From contig NIVC01000470.1 in NCBI GenBank assembly GCA_002269645.1, positions 18,872 to 82,871 of the forward strand: 64,000 nt of DNA, written 5' to 3'. Each line of letters begins with the position of its first letter. Position 1 is the stretch's first letter. Source of the DNA: Macrostomum lignano (taxonomy: Eukaryota). Under the pieces are notes generated by a model. It saw only the letters and a list, made by a program, of their open reading frames with translations, searched no databases and had not been told where the DNA came from. The position numbers and the translations under genes are program-made. Shown piece after piece: positions 23,761-38,000 of this stretch.

Positions 23761-26700
23761 ATGCTGGCCAGGCCGAAAAAGTCATTCTTCATTCGGGACA
23801 TTCTTCTCGATGATTCGCCTCCGCCGCAGCAGCAGCAGCAGCAGCAACAGTTCTCTCATCAGCATCAGGTTGGCGGTGCGGCTTTTGCTGCTTTTGCTCA
23901 AGCAGCTGCGGCGGCGGCTGCGGCTGCTGCGGCTGCTGCGGCTGCCAAGCACCATCAGCAGCAACATCAACAACAGCAGCAACAACAACAACAGCAGCAG
24001 CAGCAGCAGCAATCGCCTCAGCAGCAACAACAGCAGCATTCACCCTTGGATCAGCTGATGCGCCTGACCAAGAGCACACTGCAGGGTCTGGACTACGATT
24101 TGAAGAACAACGGTAAGCAATTGATTCATTTTGTGCACTGGTAGTGTATTTCAGTCATGGACACCTGAAGTCAGGGGCAATTGATTTTCTTAGAAATGAA
24201 CTGGATTCGATTGGAATTTGTCTATGGCGAAACCCCATTAAGCGCTATGCGTTCTCCAGAACATACTAAATGCACCGGAGATACGATAGATATACACTCC
24301 TTACCGACCTCCTGCTAATTTCTAGAAAAATACAGTTTAGCGTCCTCTAAGTGTCCGCGGCTTTAAAACAGTTGCTTCTAGTTCAAAATTTAGCGCTTTG
24401 CAGCACTCCTCCTCAGATCCTTGATAGATCTCCTCAGATCCTTGATAGATCTCCTCAGCTCCTTGATAGATCTCCTCAGATCCTTGATAGATCTCCTCAG
24501 CTCCTTGATAGATCTCCTCAGCTCCTTGATAGGTCTCCTCAGCTCCTTGATAGATCTCCCCAGATCCTTGATAGATCTCCTCAGATCCTTGATAGATCTC
24601 CTCAGCTCCTTGATAGATCTCCTCAGATCTTTGATAGATCTCCCCAGATCCTTGATAGATCTCCTCAGCTCCTTGATAGATCTCCCCAGATCCTTGATAG
24701 GTCTCCTCAGATCTTTGATAGATCTCCTCAGATCCTTGATAGGTCTCCTCAGATCTTTGATAGATCTCCCCAGATCCTTGATAGGTCTCCTCAGCTCCTT
24801 GATAGATCTCCCCAGATCCTTGATAGGTCTCCTCAGATCTTTGATAGATCTCCCCAGATCCTTGATAGGTCTCCTCAGATCTTTGATAGATCTCCTCAGA
24901 TACTTGATAGCATGTCCTTAGAATTTCTCAGAAGCATCTGACCAAAGAATAATCTCAGCAGTACAGATGGTTAAAATTTCCAATATTGTCATAAAAGCAG
25001 AAACGCACACAGATTAGTGCCCACTGCCTCGCTCCCCAGCATAGGCAAGTACTGACACTTGTTTTTATTTGTTTATTCAATTCAAGCAAGTTGATTCAGC
25101 ACCCCACCCTCAGCCTGCCAATACACTGCTGCGGATATAATAAAGAGGAGGGAACACACGGCTGTTTGGGCTCGCACTTGGAGTTTATCCCCATGGTTCT
25201 GGACCGCTAATCCCCCATGCCCGTTCGGACAGCTTTTGACTGGCACTGTCTGTCACTTCTGCCCGGTTCAAGTGGGCCCCGCCATTTCTCCTGTTCTGTC
25301 AATCGTGACAAGCAAAAACGGCTGCAAGCTTGCCGGGTTGTCGCCGCCTGCGCTACGGTTGTTATCCCTTCTTGTTTGTCCTCAACTCGACGCTGCGGGG
25401 CCCTTGGCCGCATCGATATGGATGGGGGGGGATAGATGAGGATTCTGTCGGGGATTTCTGCTCCCAAGGATTTACCAGAGACAGAGGGCTTCTTCTACTG
25501 TTGAGGTTTTCCTCATTTTTAGCTGAGACCGTGAAGCCAGCGTGGGAGAGGGGGCCGGAGCGGGTGGGCAATTTCAAATGTCATTGGTAATGACGCTTGA
25601 CGTGAACGGCTGCGCTAGGCCTTGCGCGCGGGTCAGTATTTCTATAAATATTTTTCTAGGAATGGGGGACTTGTTATCTAATGCTTATCAACACAGGGTG
25701 CGCGACGGCCTCTTGGCGGCCGGGTAAACACGCTGCGGTGCAACTGCAATCCTTCATCCAAGCTGCGGATGGCGGGGGGGGGACTGACTGACTGAGGATT
25801 TCCCCTATCGGGCTGCGGAGCGGGAGACAAGTTTTGGGGACAGGAATGGACCGAAGCCACTTTCGCTCAATGACACCTTAAATCGCGGATGACACACAGA
25901 GGCCGACAAAGAGAATGGAGTAAGTAGTATAGGCAATATAGATATGGGATAGATATCCTTCAATTCGGAAGTCGCCAGCTTGACAAATTTACTCTAAGAT
26001 AAGAGCTCAGCCTTCCTAATTACCGTCCGGGAAGCCCTCAGATTTCTCCTGTTCCTGACGCCAGAGCTGCAAATTTATTCAGAAGGCCCATGGCAAAGCA
26101 GGCGACGCTCGTTTGTCTTCAGTTTGTCCGATGCAATGATAGGCGGAGAAATATGGGTGAAAGTTTAGATTAGTCCGGCGGCCAAACTGAGCTCCCAGCA
26201 TCAGATGCGGTCGGAGAGGAGCCACTTAATCAGTCATGTCATTTCCAAAGCAGCGGGGGCCCCCGGTCAGCAGCAAGGTGGACTGCGGTGGAGGCTTCGG
26301 GAACCGCTGTCAACGGCTGCTGCAGCCAAAGCCAAACTGTTGTGTTTGTGTGTTTGGACAGCGCGCTTGAGGGCTTGGAGATTTATATTACATTTGGCTG
26401 CAGTTTACAGGAGGCATCGAATTCTGTGAGACGGATTGCCTCTGGTCTGCTTTTTTTCGCTGCGTTTTTCTGCTTGGTTTGTCGCCGGCTTTCCTTTCTG
26501 CCGATGGGTTTGGCTCGAATGTTTTTCATGGAGACAGGAGTGGCGGGCCCACTTTTCCACTGAAATAATACGGCTCTTGTTGATTTTTTCTCTTGTGTTG
26601 TTGGACAGACAGTGCCAGGGGCTAAAATTCTGATTTCGATCTGATAAAATATGAGAATTTATAGCTCACTAAAAGAGATTTACATGACTGAGAGGCAAAA

Positions 26701-27911
26701 AGAAAGACACAAATAAGACACTACAGAGACACTACAGAGACACTAGAGAGACACTAGAGAGACACTAGAGAGACACTAGAGAGACACTAGAAAGACACTA
26801 GAGAGACACTACAGAGACACTAGAAAGACACTAGAGAGACACTACAGAGACACTAGAGAGACACTAGAGAGACACTAGAGAGACACTAGAGAGACACTAG
26901 AGAGACACTAGAAAGACACTAGAGAGACACTACAGAGACACTAGAAAGACACTAGAGAGACACTACAGAGACACTAGAGAGACACGAGAGAGACACTAGA
27001 GAGACACGAGAGACACTAGAGAGACATGAGAGAGACACTAGAGAGACACTAGAGAGACACTAGAGAGACACTAGAGAGACACGAGAGACACTAGAGAGAC
27101 ATGAGAGAGACACTAGAGAGACACTAGAGAGACACTAGAGAGACACGAGAGAGACACTAGAGAGACACTAGAGAGACACGAGAGAGACACGAGAGACACT
27201 AGAGAGACACTAGAGAGTCTACACGAGAGAGACACCACAGAGGCACGCTATAAACATAATAGAGACACGAATACGCACGCAGTCTTCTCATCCCCATCGC
27301 CCCCTTCTCCACGTGCAGACGCGGACGCCTCCCTGGTGACGCTGTGGTCGGAGAAGAACGGCTTCAGGCGCCGCAGAAAGACCCGCACGGCCTTCACCAG
27401 CAAGCAGCTGAGCGTGCTGGAGGAGCGCTTCCACGAGCAGAAGTACCTCACGCCCAACATGCGCGACGAGATCGCCCAGTCGTTGGGTCTCACCAACGCC
27501 CAGGTGATCACCTGGTTCCAGAATCGGCGGGCAAAGATGAAGCGCGAGAACGAGGAGCTGAAGAATGACATGCTGGCTACGAGGAGCTCGGCCGTCGCCA
27601 CTGATGCCGAAGCTGACCAAGACGACGATCTGGACGATTGCGTCTGCGACGAGGCGGCCGAACTCGCTGCCGAATCGGCGAACGTCGCCGACAACAACGC
27701 TGAGCTGGACGAGCCGATCAACCTGTCGGCTGACCTCGGCGGCTTCCGCGGCGGCGGAAAGCGCGGCTCGCCGACTTCCTCCTTGGACGAGTCGGAGCGC
27801 GGCGGCTCGCCATCGACTGAGGAGGTCGCAGGCGTCGCTGACGTCGCTTCTCCGCCGAAGCTGTTGAGCGCGAGCCATTTCAAGAAACGGAAGCTTTTGT
27901 CAACGGCCTGA
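23761..27911 (+). CDS. lbx: Ladybird/Lbx NK-class homeobox transcription factor, 2 exons (23761-24112, 27319-27911), 314 aa
   Basis: N-terminal eh1 motif SFFIRDIL, polyQ/polyA tracts, and Lbx-type motif SPLDQLMRLTKSTLQGLD. Phase-1 intron (G|GTAAGC ... GTGCAG|AC). Homeodomain RRRRKTRTAF...GLTNAQVITWFQNRRAKMKRE carries the Lbx signature TNAQVITWFQNRRAK. Spliced length of 945 nt is in frame. Confidence 0.92.
24405..24905. repeat. 21 bp minisatellite (CTCCTCAGATCCTTGATAGAT)n in Lbx intron
   Basis: About 24 copies; explains the PQILDRS ORF. Confidence 0.95.
26715..27240. repeat. 11 bp minisatellite (GAGAGACACTA)n just upstream of the Lbx exon 2 acceptor
   Basis: About 45 copies. Confidence 0.95.
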
Positions 27912-28577
27912 ATAACCCAACGATTGTAAATGGTCAGTGGATCGGGCGGCTGCACAATCCATGCAAAACCAAGCCAGTTCGGATTTGCCAGCTTTAAATA
28001 TCTGGCCTGACTGACTACCGTAGAAGAACTGACAAATTATAACAAGCTTTATCGCTTTGTACATAACTGTGTGGCTTATGATTCATTTTTATTATATTAA
28101 AAAACACACGGCTTTGTTTAATTCGACAATTTATTTGGCAAATGTTATTGTCTACTCGTTTCTAGGAAAATTGTTGTACACCAGAATTCTAAAATTCGTT
28201 TTAGCGTACGCCTGCATAGATTATTCCTATGTATTAGATAAAATTACTAATCGGCAATATGAACTGCTCATTGCTATTACAATTTCTCTTTATTGATTTT
28301 TGCCTCAGCCACCCCACCCTTACCCAGTTTGACTGTAAGAAGCTTTAAAGATAATCTCGATTGTATCAAACGTGCCGGGCTTTTTTTAGAAGTAACTTAA
28401 TAAAACAAATATTTGCTAAACAACTTTATTTGTAACTTCTGCGCTAGGATGGAGTGAGTTTCATCAAAAACCAATTTTGTGTGTGATAGGAGTGGAATTC
28501 TTTGTTTGGTACTATGTACATTTGGTACTACATAATTCTACATTTAGAAAATCTAAAAGATATTTGTGGATTGGCGC

Positions 28578-29345
28578 ATGGGATAGATGCAGCATGGGAT
28601 AGATGAGACTGGGATAGATGAGACTGGGATAGATGAGACTGGGATAGATGAGACTGGGATAGATGAGACTGGGATAGATGCGGCATGGGATAGATGCGGC
28701 ATGGGATAGATGCGGCATGGGATAGATGCAGCATGGGATAGATGAGACTGGGATAGATGCGGCATGGGATAGATGAGACTGGGATAGATGAGACTGGGAT
28801 AGATGAGATTGAGATAGATAAGACTGGGATAGATGAGACTGGGATAGACGCGACATGGGATAGATGCGACATGGGATAGATGCGACATGGGATAGATGCG
28901 ACATGGGATAGATGCGACATGGGATAGATGCGACATGGGATAGATGCGACATGGGATAGATGCGACATGGGATAGATGCGACATGGGATAGATGCGACAT
29001 GGGATAGATGCGACATGGGATAGATGCGACATGGGATAGATGCGACATGGGATAGATGCGACATGGGATAGATGCGACATGGGATAGATGCGACATGGGA
29101 TAGATGCGACATGGGATAGATGCGACATGGGATAGATGAGACATGGGATAGATGCAACATGGGATAGATGCAACATGGGATAGATGCGACATGGGATAGA
29201 TGCGACATGGGATAGATGCGACATGGGATAGATGCGACATGGGATAGATGCGACATGGGATAGATGCGACATGGGATAGATGCGACATGGGATAGATGCG
29301 ACATGGGATAGATGCGACATGGGATAGATGCGACATGGGATAAAT
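28578..29345. repeat. 16 bp minisatellite (GGGATAGATGCGACAT / GGGATAGATGAGACT)n
   Basis: About 48 copies. Confidence 0.95.
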
Positions 29346-32300
29346 GAGACAGCAGACAGCAGTACGCAAACCTTGGATACTGTCATACGCGGTGCCGTCT
29401 AGCCGCAGACTCGTAATTGTCAAACCTGATCGTTCAAAATTCTTTGCAACAACCAGCCAATTCAACGATTTACATTGTGTCCCCTGCAGCAGCAACTGCA
29501 AGGCTGTGACAAATGACCACTGACTGTCGTTGCCAGCGTCTGCGCCAAGGCGGCAGTTGGAAGCTCAGAAGAATTTCAATGGCCTCCGGAAGAGAGACAC
29601 ACCGACAAAAAAAGAAATTGTTTCGCCACTTTGTTTCGGACAGCGAAAGCAGCAGCTGCTGCTGGCACTGGACCAGAGTCGAGGCGGGTCTGGTTGCTAA
29701 GGTGTTCCATTCCTTCTGTCTTCCAGGCACTGACTGCACTGCTGGGCATGTAATTTACATGATATTCACCCCCCCAACACACGGAGGCTTGCCAGGCCAT
29801 TCGTTTCATTTCGAATTTCGAAGTCTTCCCCCGAACCCCCTCCCACCCCATTCCTCCGTCTGTCTGCGAAGATTTAGCGGAGACGGTACTGCTTCACTTT
29901 CATTTATAAAAAACTGATTTCTAACTTTTCACTTTAATACAAAGTGCTCGGCGGCTGGCGAAGTGCGGGAGTGGTTAACAAAAAACTGCCTGCGTGTCCC
30001 TCCCACCGCCTGGAATGCGACAGAGTCCGGCAGCTGCGCTAAGTCGGTCTTAAATCCCCGCATATGCAATCTATGCATATCGTACTACACACTTTTCAAA
30101 TCCCATGTTTGGCAGGCATGGGGGTTAGTTGAAGGGAAATTCTCCCACTGGGTAAATGACCAAACGGCTGCCATTTTAGAAAATAGGTAAGAGAGAGAGA
30201 GAGAGAGCTCAGAGTTAAAATTGATTGCTAACAGGTTATGCCAGCCTGTTTGTCCCTGTGGCTTTTTGGAACCATATAGCTAGCATGATAGAAAAGCCAA
30301 CGTGCAGAATTGGGGAGTTTTTAGCGGACGCATAACTTTTGCGGCTATAGGGAGGGTCTGACAGATCGCAGTACCCCGAATCTCCCCTACCCTCCGTCTG
30401 CCTGTCTCTCCGGGTAGTGACAGCTTAACAAGTTGGCCACCGATTCAAGGCATTCATACGTACGATAGTAACGGTAATAACCGCAGCCAATGCAGTGTAA
30501 TTCTTAGGGCAGGGTTTCAGCCAGAGACATTGGAGGCGGAGTTGGCGCAAGAATTGTCCGCCTTCCTGCCTCTCTCTCTATCTGACTCCGCCCCCCCCCC
30601 GCCAGTGGCAGTAATTACTAGCGATGACAAATTGCAACGGCTGCCACCAAGTGATACTCTATAATACGAGCTGCATAAAGCTCTTCTGACTTGATCTGGC
30701 ATAACCGCGGCCTGCCTGACTGCAGTTACTGCCAAGATTGGGAGACAGCTGAAATAGGGGAGCCATATATGCGCATGATGTAGATTATCCCATCGGGTTG
30801 GGCTGGAACTATGGAATTCTGTTGTCTCTGCGACCGGCGGGATCCCGCCCAGAGAAAAGCATTCCTTAAGTGTCCATGTATACAGTATACCCAAGAGAGG
30901 TATACTGTAGAGAGGTATTTTGCGCGAGCTGGCGCGCAAAACTTCGTGACTGCAGATTCAGCGACTACTTATCGGCACCTATTTGATTTGGACTTGGCTA
31001 CATTGGTCATCCCTGTTGCATACCGAAAGACTATGCGCGGTCATAAAACCTTCGCCACTTTACCAATTGTCTCCATCTGCGCAACTAATAGATGTACATG
31101 TTTGACTACTGCAAAAACCAATTCAAGTTCATTTCCACGCGATCTCTTTGTATACGGGGTATTCAGTTCCATAATTATTTCTACTTCGAAATTGTAGAAT
31201 TTCAATGCGGTTAAGCACTGATCTTTAAAGGCATAAACCACCCAAGCCCCCGTTTTCGGTGGCAAAACTACGCTCGTATAAGCTTCGAATTTTTTTTCCC
31301 AAAGATTTTGATTACAAGCGTATAGTACTTATTATCATATTCCAATAGTATGTTATGACTTACGAGCACAACTTACTCCACCTCTTAACAAGTAACAAAA
31401 GAAGTAACAACCGTCTTGTGCCTTTTGAAAATAAAAAATAGGTACTTGTAGTTAACAACTTCCCGGGTTTAAAAACTTTTATCTACTCGAAAAAAACAAA
31501 ATTAAATTAAAGCTGCCTAGTTTGCAGAAACAACAAAAGTTTTTTGATGCACAGAGGTTTTTTTTCGTTTTTGATATTTATTTTCATGTATATCTTTTAA
31601 TAACTGTTTGCCAACTCTATTTTATCTAACAACTAAAAAGTTTAATTGTTGTGTTAACTCAAATTTTAGTCAAATTTTCCGCAGTATATGCAGCTACAAA
31701 GATTGTTTTGGCGATCAGCTTTTTCCTGTTTATAAGTGAGTTACTCGTTCAAAAATATACAAAAATCTGTAGCAATTGTTTTACACGAACTTTTATTGAA
31801 ATCATACAGTAACTTGTGATCTTTTATTATAGGTATTTTAAAAAACGAAGTGTATCTTAGCTAGTTGTCAACTGGTCTTACAGTTTAACCAGGTCCAGAC
31901 TGCGCAAAGTATTTTTGAGAATAAAGTAAAACATTTTTTGTTTTACAAAAATTTATTCAGTATACTGGTTCGCAGCGAAAATCACAGCTAACAGATAATT
32001 CCTAATTGAAGCGCTTAAGGTTTGAGGAAAACTTATTCGAACTTCCTCAGCTTTATATTAATTAGTAATATACTTAAACTAATCCACTAATTTATATTTT
32101 TCTGTTAAAACTATTTAAATTACTGATCGAATGCCAACAAGATAGACAAAAATATTTTGTTTTCTATCTGCTTATACAAGTATAAAATAGGAAAATATAC
32201 TAGGCCTAAATACACTAGTGACTATTCTCAATAATGTCATTGCAGTAACCATAATTTACAGTTTATTTTATGTCTATAGTCGAAATTATATGATGTTATT

Positions 32301-32456
32301 GATGTACAGCTTGTGTCCATTTGAATTAAATACATATATTTAATTAAATGTAGCTGAGAGAAATAACTCAATTTTTTTTATTATAAGTTTTAAATTTAAA
32401 TGACTTTATTTTAAGTTTTTAACTTTAATCATTTATCTAATTTCAGAAAAATTAGC

Positions 32457-33547
32457 ATGGCAGAGAAAAAAGAAGGCAAAGAGCCGAAAAACGCGGTCCA
32501 CCAGAATGCCATCATGGTGGAGACAATCAAGAAGGAGAATTTTCATCAGAAGCTTTACACCAACTACGGCGTTAATCCTTTTCGCAGACGTGCGTCGGTT
32601 CATACGAATTTCATTGACAGTATCTTCGTAAATTTGTATTTAAAATTTTGAATTCATTGACTGCTTGTTAAAATTTTCAGTCCACACTTTGGCGCCAAAG
32701 CCCAACGCACCACCGGAGGATCTTTCTGGCATCACGGAGGAAGACAGTGAGTTTTACTAGCTTATTATTGTTAAGTTAGCAGTTGAGACAATTATTTTTG
32801 TAAATTTAAAAAAAAACCAATATCAAAACTTTTACAAAGGCCACTTTGTGGGCGTCATCGAGCGGGCCCACCTGGAGCCAACCAAGAAGTACACGGTGCC
32901 CCAGACAGAGTCCCAGGAAATTGGCTGGATTACTAAGCCTTTGGTGAGTGCAACGCCTGCGGAAATAGTGCGGCGCCTGAGTTGATAGTGTGGCGGCTGA
33001 GTTGATAGTGAGGCGCCTGAGTTGATAGTGAGGCGCCTGAGTTGACAGTGCGACGCCTGAGTTGATAGTGAGGCGCCTGAGTTGATAGTGAGGTGCCTGA
33101 GAGCTGATAGTGTGGCGGCTGAGTTGATAGTGCGGCGCCTGAGTTGATAGTGAGGTGCCTGAGAGCTGATAGTGTGGCGGCTGAGTTGATAGTGCGGCGC
33201 CTGATTTCACAGTGCGGCGCCTGAGTTAATAGTGAGGCACCTGAGCTCATAGTAATACGCTCGTAGTACTAATATTCTTACTAAAAAGTCTAGTAGTACT
33301 AATGTACTATTAATAGTAGCAATGGAAGATATCAAGTAGTGATTCAACCGCTTTACTGGTCAAAAGCTTAACTAACTCTCGATGCAACATTATGTAGAAT
33401 CTTCCATAAATGTAATTGCAGCTGGAGACCAACAAGGCCGACAGCCGGCTGTATTTTCCAAAGAACAGCTGCGAGATTACTAAATACATGGACGCCTATT
33501 GGCGTTTCAAGGGCACCGACGGAAAACCGGAAGCGAAGAAAGCATGA
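32457..33547 (+). CDS. FAM183A: FAM183/CFAP144-like ciliary microtubule inner protein, 4 exons (32457-32589, 32681-32746, 32840-32943, 33422-33547), 142 aa
   Basis: VHQNAIMVETIKKE...YGVNPF, HLEPTKKYTVPQTESQEIGWI and C-terminal SRLYFPKNSCEITKYM match the FAM183 family pattern as I recall it. GT-AG introns with phases 1,1,0 close in frame (429 nt). The exon 3 acceptor is a weaker AAG. Confidence 0.82.
32975..33250. repeat. 20 bp minisatellite (CTGAGTTGATAGTGAGGCGC)n in FAM183 intron 3
   Basis: About 13 copies. Confidence 0.9.
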
Positions 33548-35099
33548 TGGATAAATGAACTTGGTCTGACTGCATGACGTCATTAATGAAATGTGAAAAA
33601 TATGAGATTACTGATTCAAAAATCATGCATGTGATCCTGTTTCTCTTGCATGTACTAATTATTTTCACAAGCTTTCCTTCTCTGACTCTTCTGAATGTAT
33701 ACCACTGGTAATATCTCTGTAATAATTTTGAATTTCGAAAAAATCCGAGAACTTTTGCAGATGTGTTGTTTCCATTTCTTTTTTGTTTGCAAGAATTCAA
33801 ACATTTTGCAGCACTTAAATTTGATTTAGTTGCTGCATGCTATAAAATATATTGAGATCAATAAAAAACTTTGATAATTATAATGTCGCTAGAACAGGCT
33901 GTAACATTGCCTGCAACAGGCAGTCTTACGAATTTAACGCCTTCGTGTAATTTACACTGTAGATTATTTATATTACGTTTGGAATTTTATATCATCGATC
34001 CTTTGTATAAATTTCACCTCAACTTTTACCACGTGATCATACAGTCACTGTCCACACATTTGAACAAAAATTGATGAAAAATATCCAATTTGGGCACATC
34101 TTTAAGCGATAATTTAGTAACAAAAAACGCTAGCAGCATAACTGACATCGATTTCTCTAAAATTGTAAATTCTTAATGCACGATTCTAATGGATGTTCTA
34201 CTGTACTACTGTAGTAATCGGGCATACAACTGCCAGCAAAACATCAATTACTTTTTTAATATCTCCACAATCCTTTTTTGTTTATTTGTAGTGAGATCAG
34301 CACAAATCATCAAAACCAGGGACAGGGGCTAATTTGTTGCAGCTTAATATTTCCGTAGAATGCGAAAACACTACTTCGATTAGTTTTTGGAAAAGTTCAA
34401 GGCTCGAAACTTCTATTGTCAGAGAAAGTCTTGCTATCACTTCCAATAGCTCACAACATAAAACGAAATCAATGATGTGAGGTATCGCTCTTACTGTATT
34501 AAGTAGCGAGCAGAACCCTGTAAGTTATGTGATTGCAATAAAGAGCTGTGAAAGGGTTAGGGTTAGGATTTTTGATGGGTATTAATTTCGAGCTTGTGAA
34601 ATTTCGATGCTTGCGAATGACTTAATTTTTTTCCCAGTCACTTGTGTAGTTTCGATATTGGTACCCGATATGGTAAAGTTTCGAGCTAATAAATTACAAG
34701 CTTTTGAAATATCCAGCTAATAAAGTTGCAATTAGTCAATTGACTGTTCTTAAGAATTTCATTTTCAGAGCCTGTGAAACTAACCCACACAAATTTGAAC
34801 TTAAATTAGTTATACGCACAGTGCTTTATTTCGTAGAATTATCAGAAAATTTCAAATGATAAGCTTCCTAGAAAAACAGCACGGGTCAAAAAATGACCAG
34901 TGAGTCAATTAGTGTCAATAGTGAGCATTAATTATTTATTAAAAAGCCCAGATAAACCCTGCGTTGGTTTTTATACGCATATGTAGTGGCATTCGTAGGT
35001 ATATATACCGATGTATTCAAGATAAAGTAAAAAACTTTCATTGATGTATTTCTACTTCTAGTCAAATTGAAATCAATTTTTGCTGAGATTTATGGACTA

Positions 35100-38000
35100 T
35101 GAGAGAAATATTATAATCAATATTTAAATTAAAGGCGCATAGAGAAGTTAAATAGGTTTAATTATTGCGATTTCTGAGCTTGGGGTTCTAATTTGTCAGG
35201 AATTGTTATCAGGAAAATATCCTAGCCTAGGCCTATTACAGGCCTACCCCTATCTCTTCTAGCTAGACTAAAAACTTTTGTCAATTAGGCCCTATAGGCC
35301 TAGTTTCTTAATATTCTTAATTAGAAGTAGTACTAGTAGCTAAAGTAATTTCAAACTGGGCATTTTTGGGAAAATTTTGATGTTCATTATATTTTGGAGG
35401 CATATAATAGGTTTTAAAGTTGTACTTCTATTATTAGAAAGTAAATAAAATACTAGACCCCTTAACCTTGGTATTGTCCTAATCCATACATTGTTGACAG
35501 GTTACACCAAATTCATTGATATCTAATTTGTCAATAGACCTAAAATTTAAGAAATTAAAGGAAAGCAAATTTGTCAATAGTGATAACAAGCTAAGCAAAT
35601 TAGTCAATAATAGAGCCTAAGACAAACAAACTTATTTGGCTAAAGTTATTCCTTAAGCAATTTAAGGCAATAATATAAATTTCTTTAATTTAATGAGCAA
35701 AAAATTGCCAAAGACTTTAATATAGACCTAACTTCATGACTGCATATTTTAAATGCTATTGTACTCCAAATCTAACAAATTGAACAATCTTGTATGCTAT
35801 GCATAAAATACCATATTGAATATAGGCCTATTGACTATTCTAGTTGAGTATTTAGATATATATATATCAAGAGTCTATTGGCCATAGTCTAGAAGGTGGC
35901 CTTTATACAAAAAAATCAGTTTCTACAAAAATAGCTATTTTAAAGTTTAGTAAAAGTTTTAAATTCCTAAAAATATATAGGGCTATTTGTTAAAAAATGG
36001 CATATAAACAACTTTAGTCTTGGCGTAAAATTTTTTTTAATTTTTTTGTCTGTATAAAATAGAAAAAAAACATGAATGTTCATTTTGGCATATACCCCTC
36101 CTATGATCCAGACTATGGTCTATTGGGGCATAGCAGTTTGTATACTGCATTAGGTCTATATCTTTTATACTTTATTACATCTTTTGAGTGAAGCAAGTAA
36201 CTTTAATTTAAGTTTAATCCAAGTCTTGTTTATCTTTTTAATTAGGCCTATTTATTAACAAGGTTTTGTTTGAGTATGATTTTAGATTTCAAAAGCATAC
36301 AAAAATAGTTCTAAAGTATATTGGAATTCAGCAGGTTTAAAATCTGTGGCCCGTGGGTTTTTATAGTTTGTAAAATGTTAATATAAAAAAAAACAAATTG
36401 CTTTCATTATAATACATGTGTCTTCCTAATCTTAATAGCCTTTATCTTATAATTTTTAGTATATAATAAAATAAATATGGCAAAATCAAATATTGGGGCA
36501 AGTTTTTTGAAAGTTTATTTTTTCAATAGCAATAAAGCTATAAAATAAATTATTTTAAGTTTAAAAAGTTAGAAACATCTATTAAAGTACAAATTATTTA
36601 CATATAGCCTTATCTTTGATAAAATGATTTGTTAAAATGGTTAATTTAATTACAACTAAAATGACTATTAAAATGATAGAAAAGCTCTGATTATGTATTT
36701 ATTAACCTTAAGTATCTTATATCATTAAATTCTATTATGCAATAATATATTTAATATTCTTTTTAGGGGTTTATTTTTTATCTTTTTTGTTACTATTGAC
36801 AATGTGTATTTTGTAGAGTTTGTCTGCAATAAATACTGTATTTAATATAAGTTTATTATTAATCATACAAATTCCCACAAGAATAAAAAAATGCATTTTA
36901 CTCAGCTTCTAATGAAACAAATAGGAAATTCTTGTATACATGCCACAACAATACATATTTAAGTGTAATTTCATTGTTTGTTGCTAATAAGCCTATAGGA
37001 AGCATCTGATTTGGAAGCTGGATAACAGAAATTCCTATAAAGATTGGAAAATTGCATTTTACTAAGCTTCTACTGAAGCAATTTGGAAAAAAATTTTCCT
37101 GCATATATGCCACAAAAATTAATATTTAAGTGTGATTTTATTGTTTTTTGTCATTTAATAAGCCTATAGGAAGCATTTGATTTGAAAGCCAGGTAACATA
37201 GAAATTCCCATAAGGATCAGAAAATTGATCAGAAAGGTATTATTAAAGCAACATATATGCTCAACACCCATCCAAACCAGATGGGTGAAATGGCTGCCAG
37301 CCAAGGTAAGTTGCAAAATTGAAAACACAAAAAAATGAAATATTGGGAGAAGAAAAAAGGAAAGGAAGAGAAAAGGAAAAGAAAGGAGAGAGAAGAGAGA
37401 GGGAAAGAGAAGAGAAAAAGAGAAAAAGAAAAAAAAGAAAAAGGCAAGAAAAATCATATACAAAGTGAAAATTAAGTTGCAATTAGGAAATTTGCAATTG
37501 AGAAGAACTAAGTCCCAATTGGGAGGAACTAAGTTGCAAATCTGGACAAAACTAAGTTGCACTAGATGGGTAAAATTGAGGTTGGGAATGTATGTGAACA
37601 ATTTGGAAAATTCTTTTTTTTACATACATGTTGCAATAATACATATTTAAGTGTAATTTCAATGTTCTTTGTTACTGAATTAGCCTATAATAAGCATTTG
37701 ATTTAGATGCTAGATTCACATTTTGGTATACCATTTTTTACTCAAATTTTTTTTTAAGTCTAAATATGGGCCTATTACATGCACTAATACTATACAAGTT
37801 GATATTTAAATAAAAGAAAACAACTTAAAGATTATTTTGCAACAAGGAAAAAGTGGTATATTTACTTTTAGAGAGAAATGTTTGCTAGCAAACTTTGCAC
37901 TTTAAATTTGTATGCATTTTTGAGAGTTTATGTGGTTTTAGAAAACTATAGAAATCTTTGAAAATCCTTTATTTTTTTGAATAAAATAAAAATTAAAACA

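Noticed and set aside
27248-27955. Antisense ORFs over Lbx exon 2, and likewise over POLA2, ATG13, QNG1 and the DUF1330 gene
   Set aside because: These are shadow ORFs expected from GC3-rich coding sequence.
32783-32839. Alternative upstream acceptor for FAM183 exon 3 that also keeps the frame
   Set aside because: It would leave a 36-nt intron and add an AT-rich non-homologous peptide; the AAG acceptor at 32839 fits the family better.
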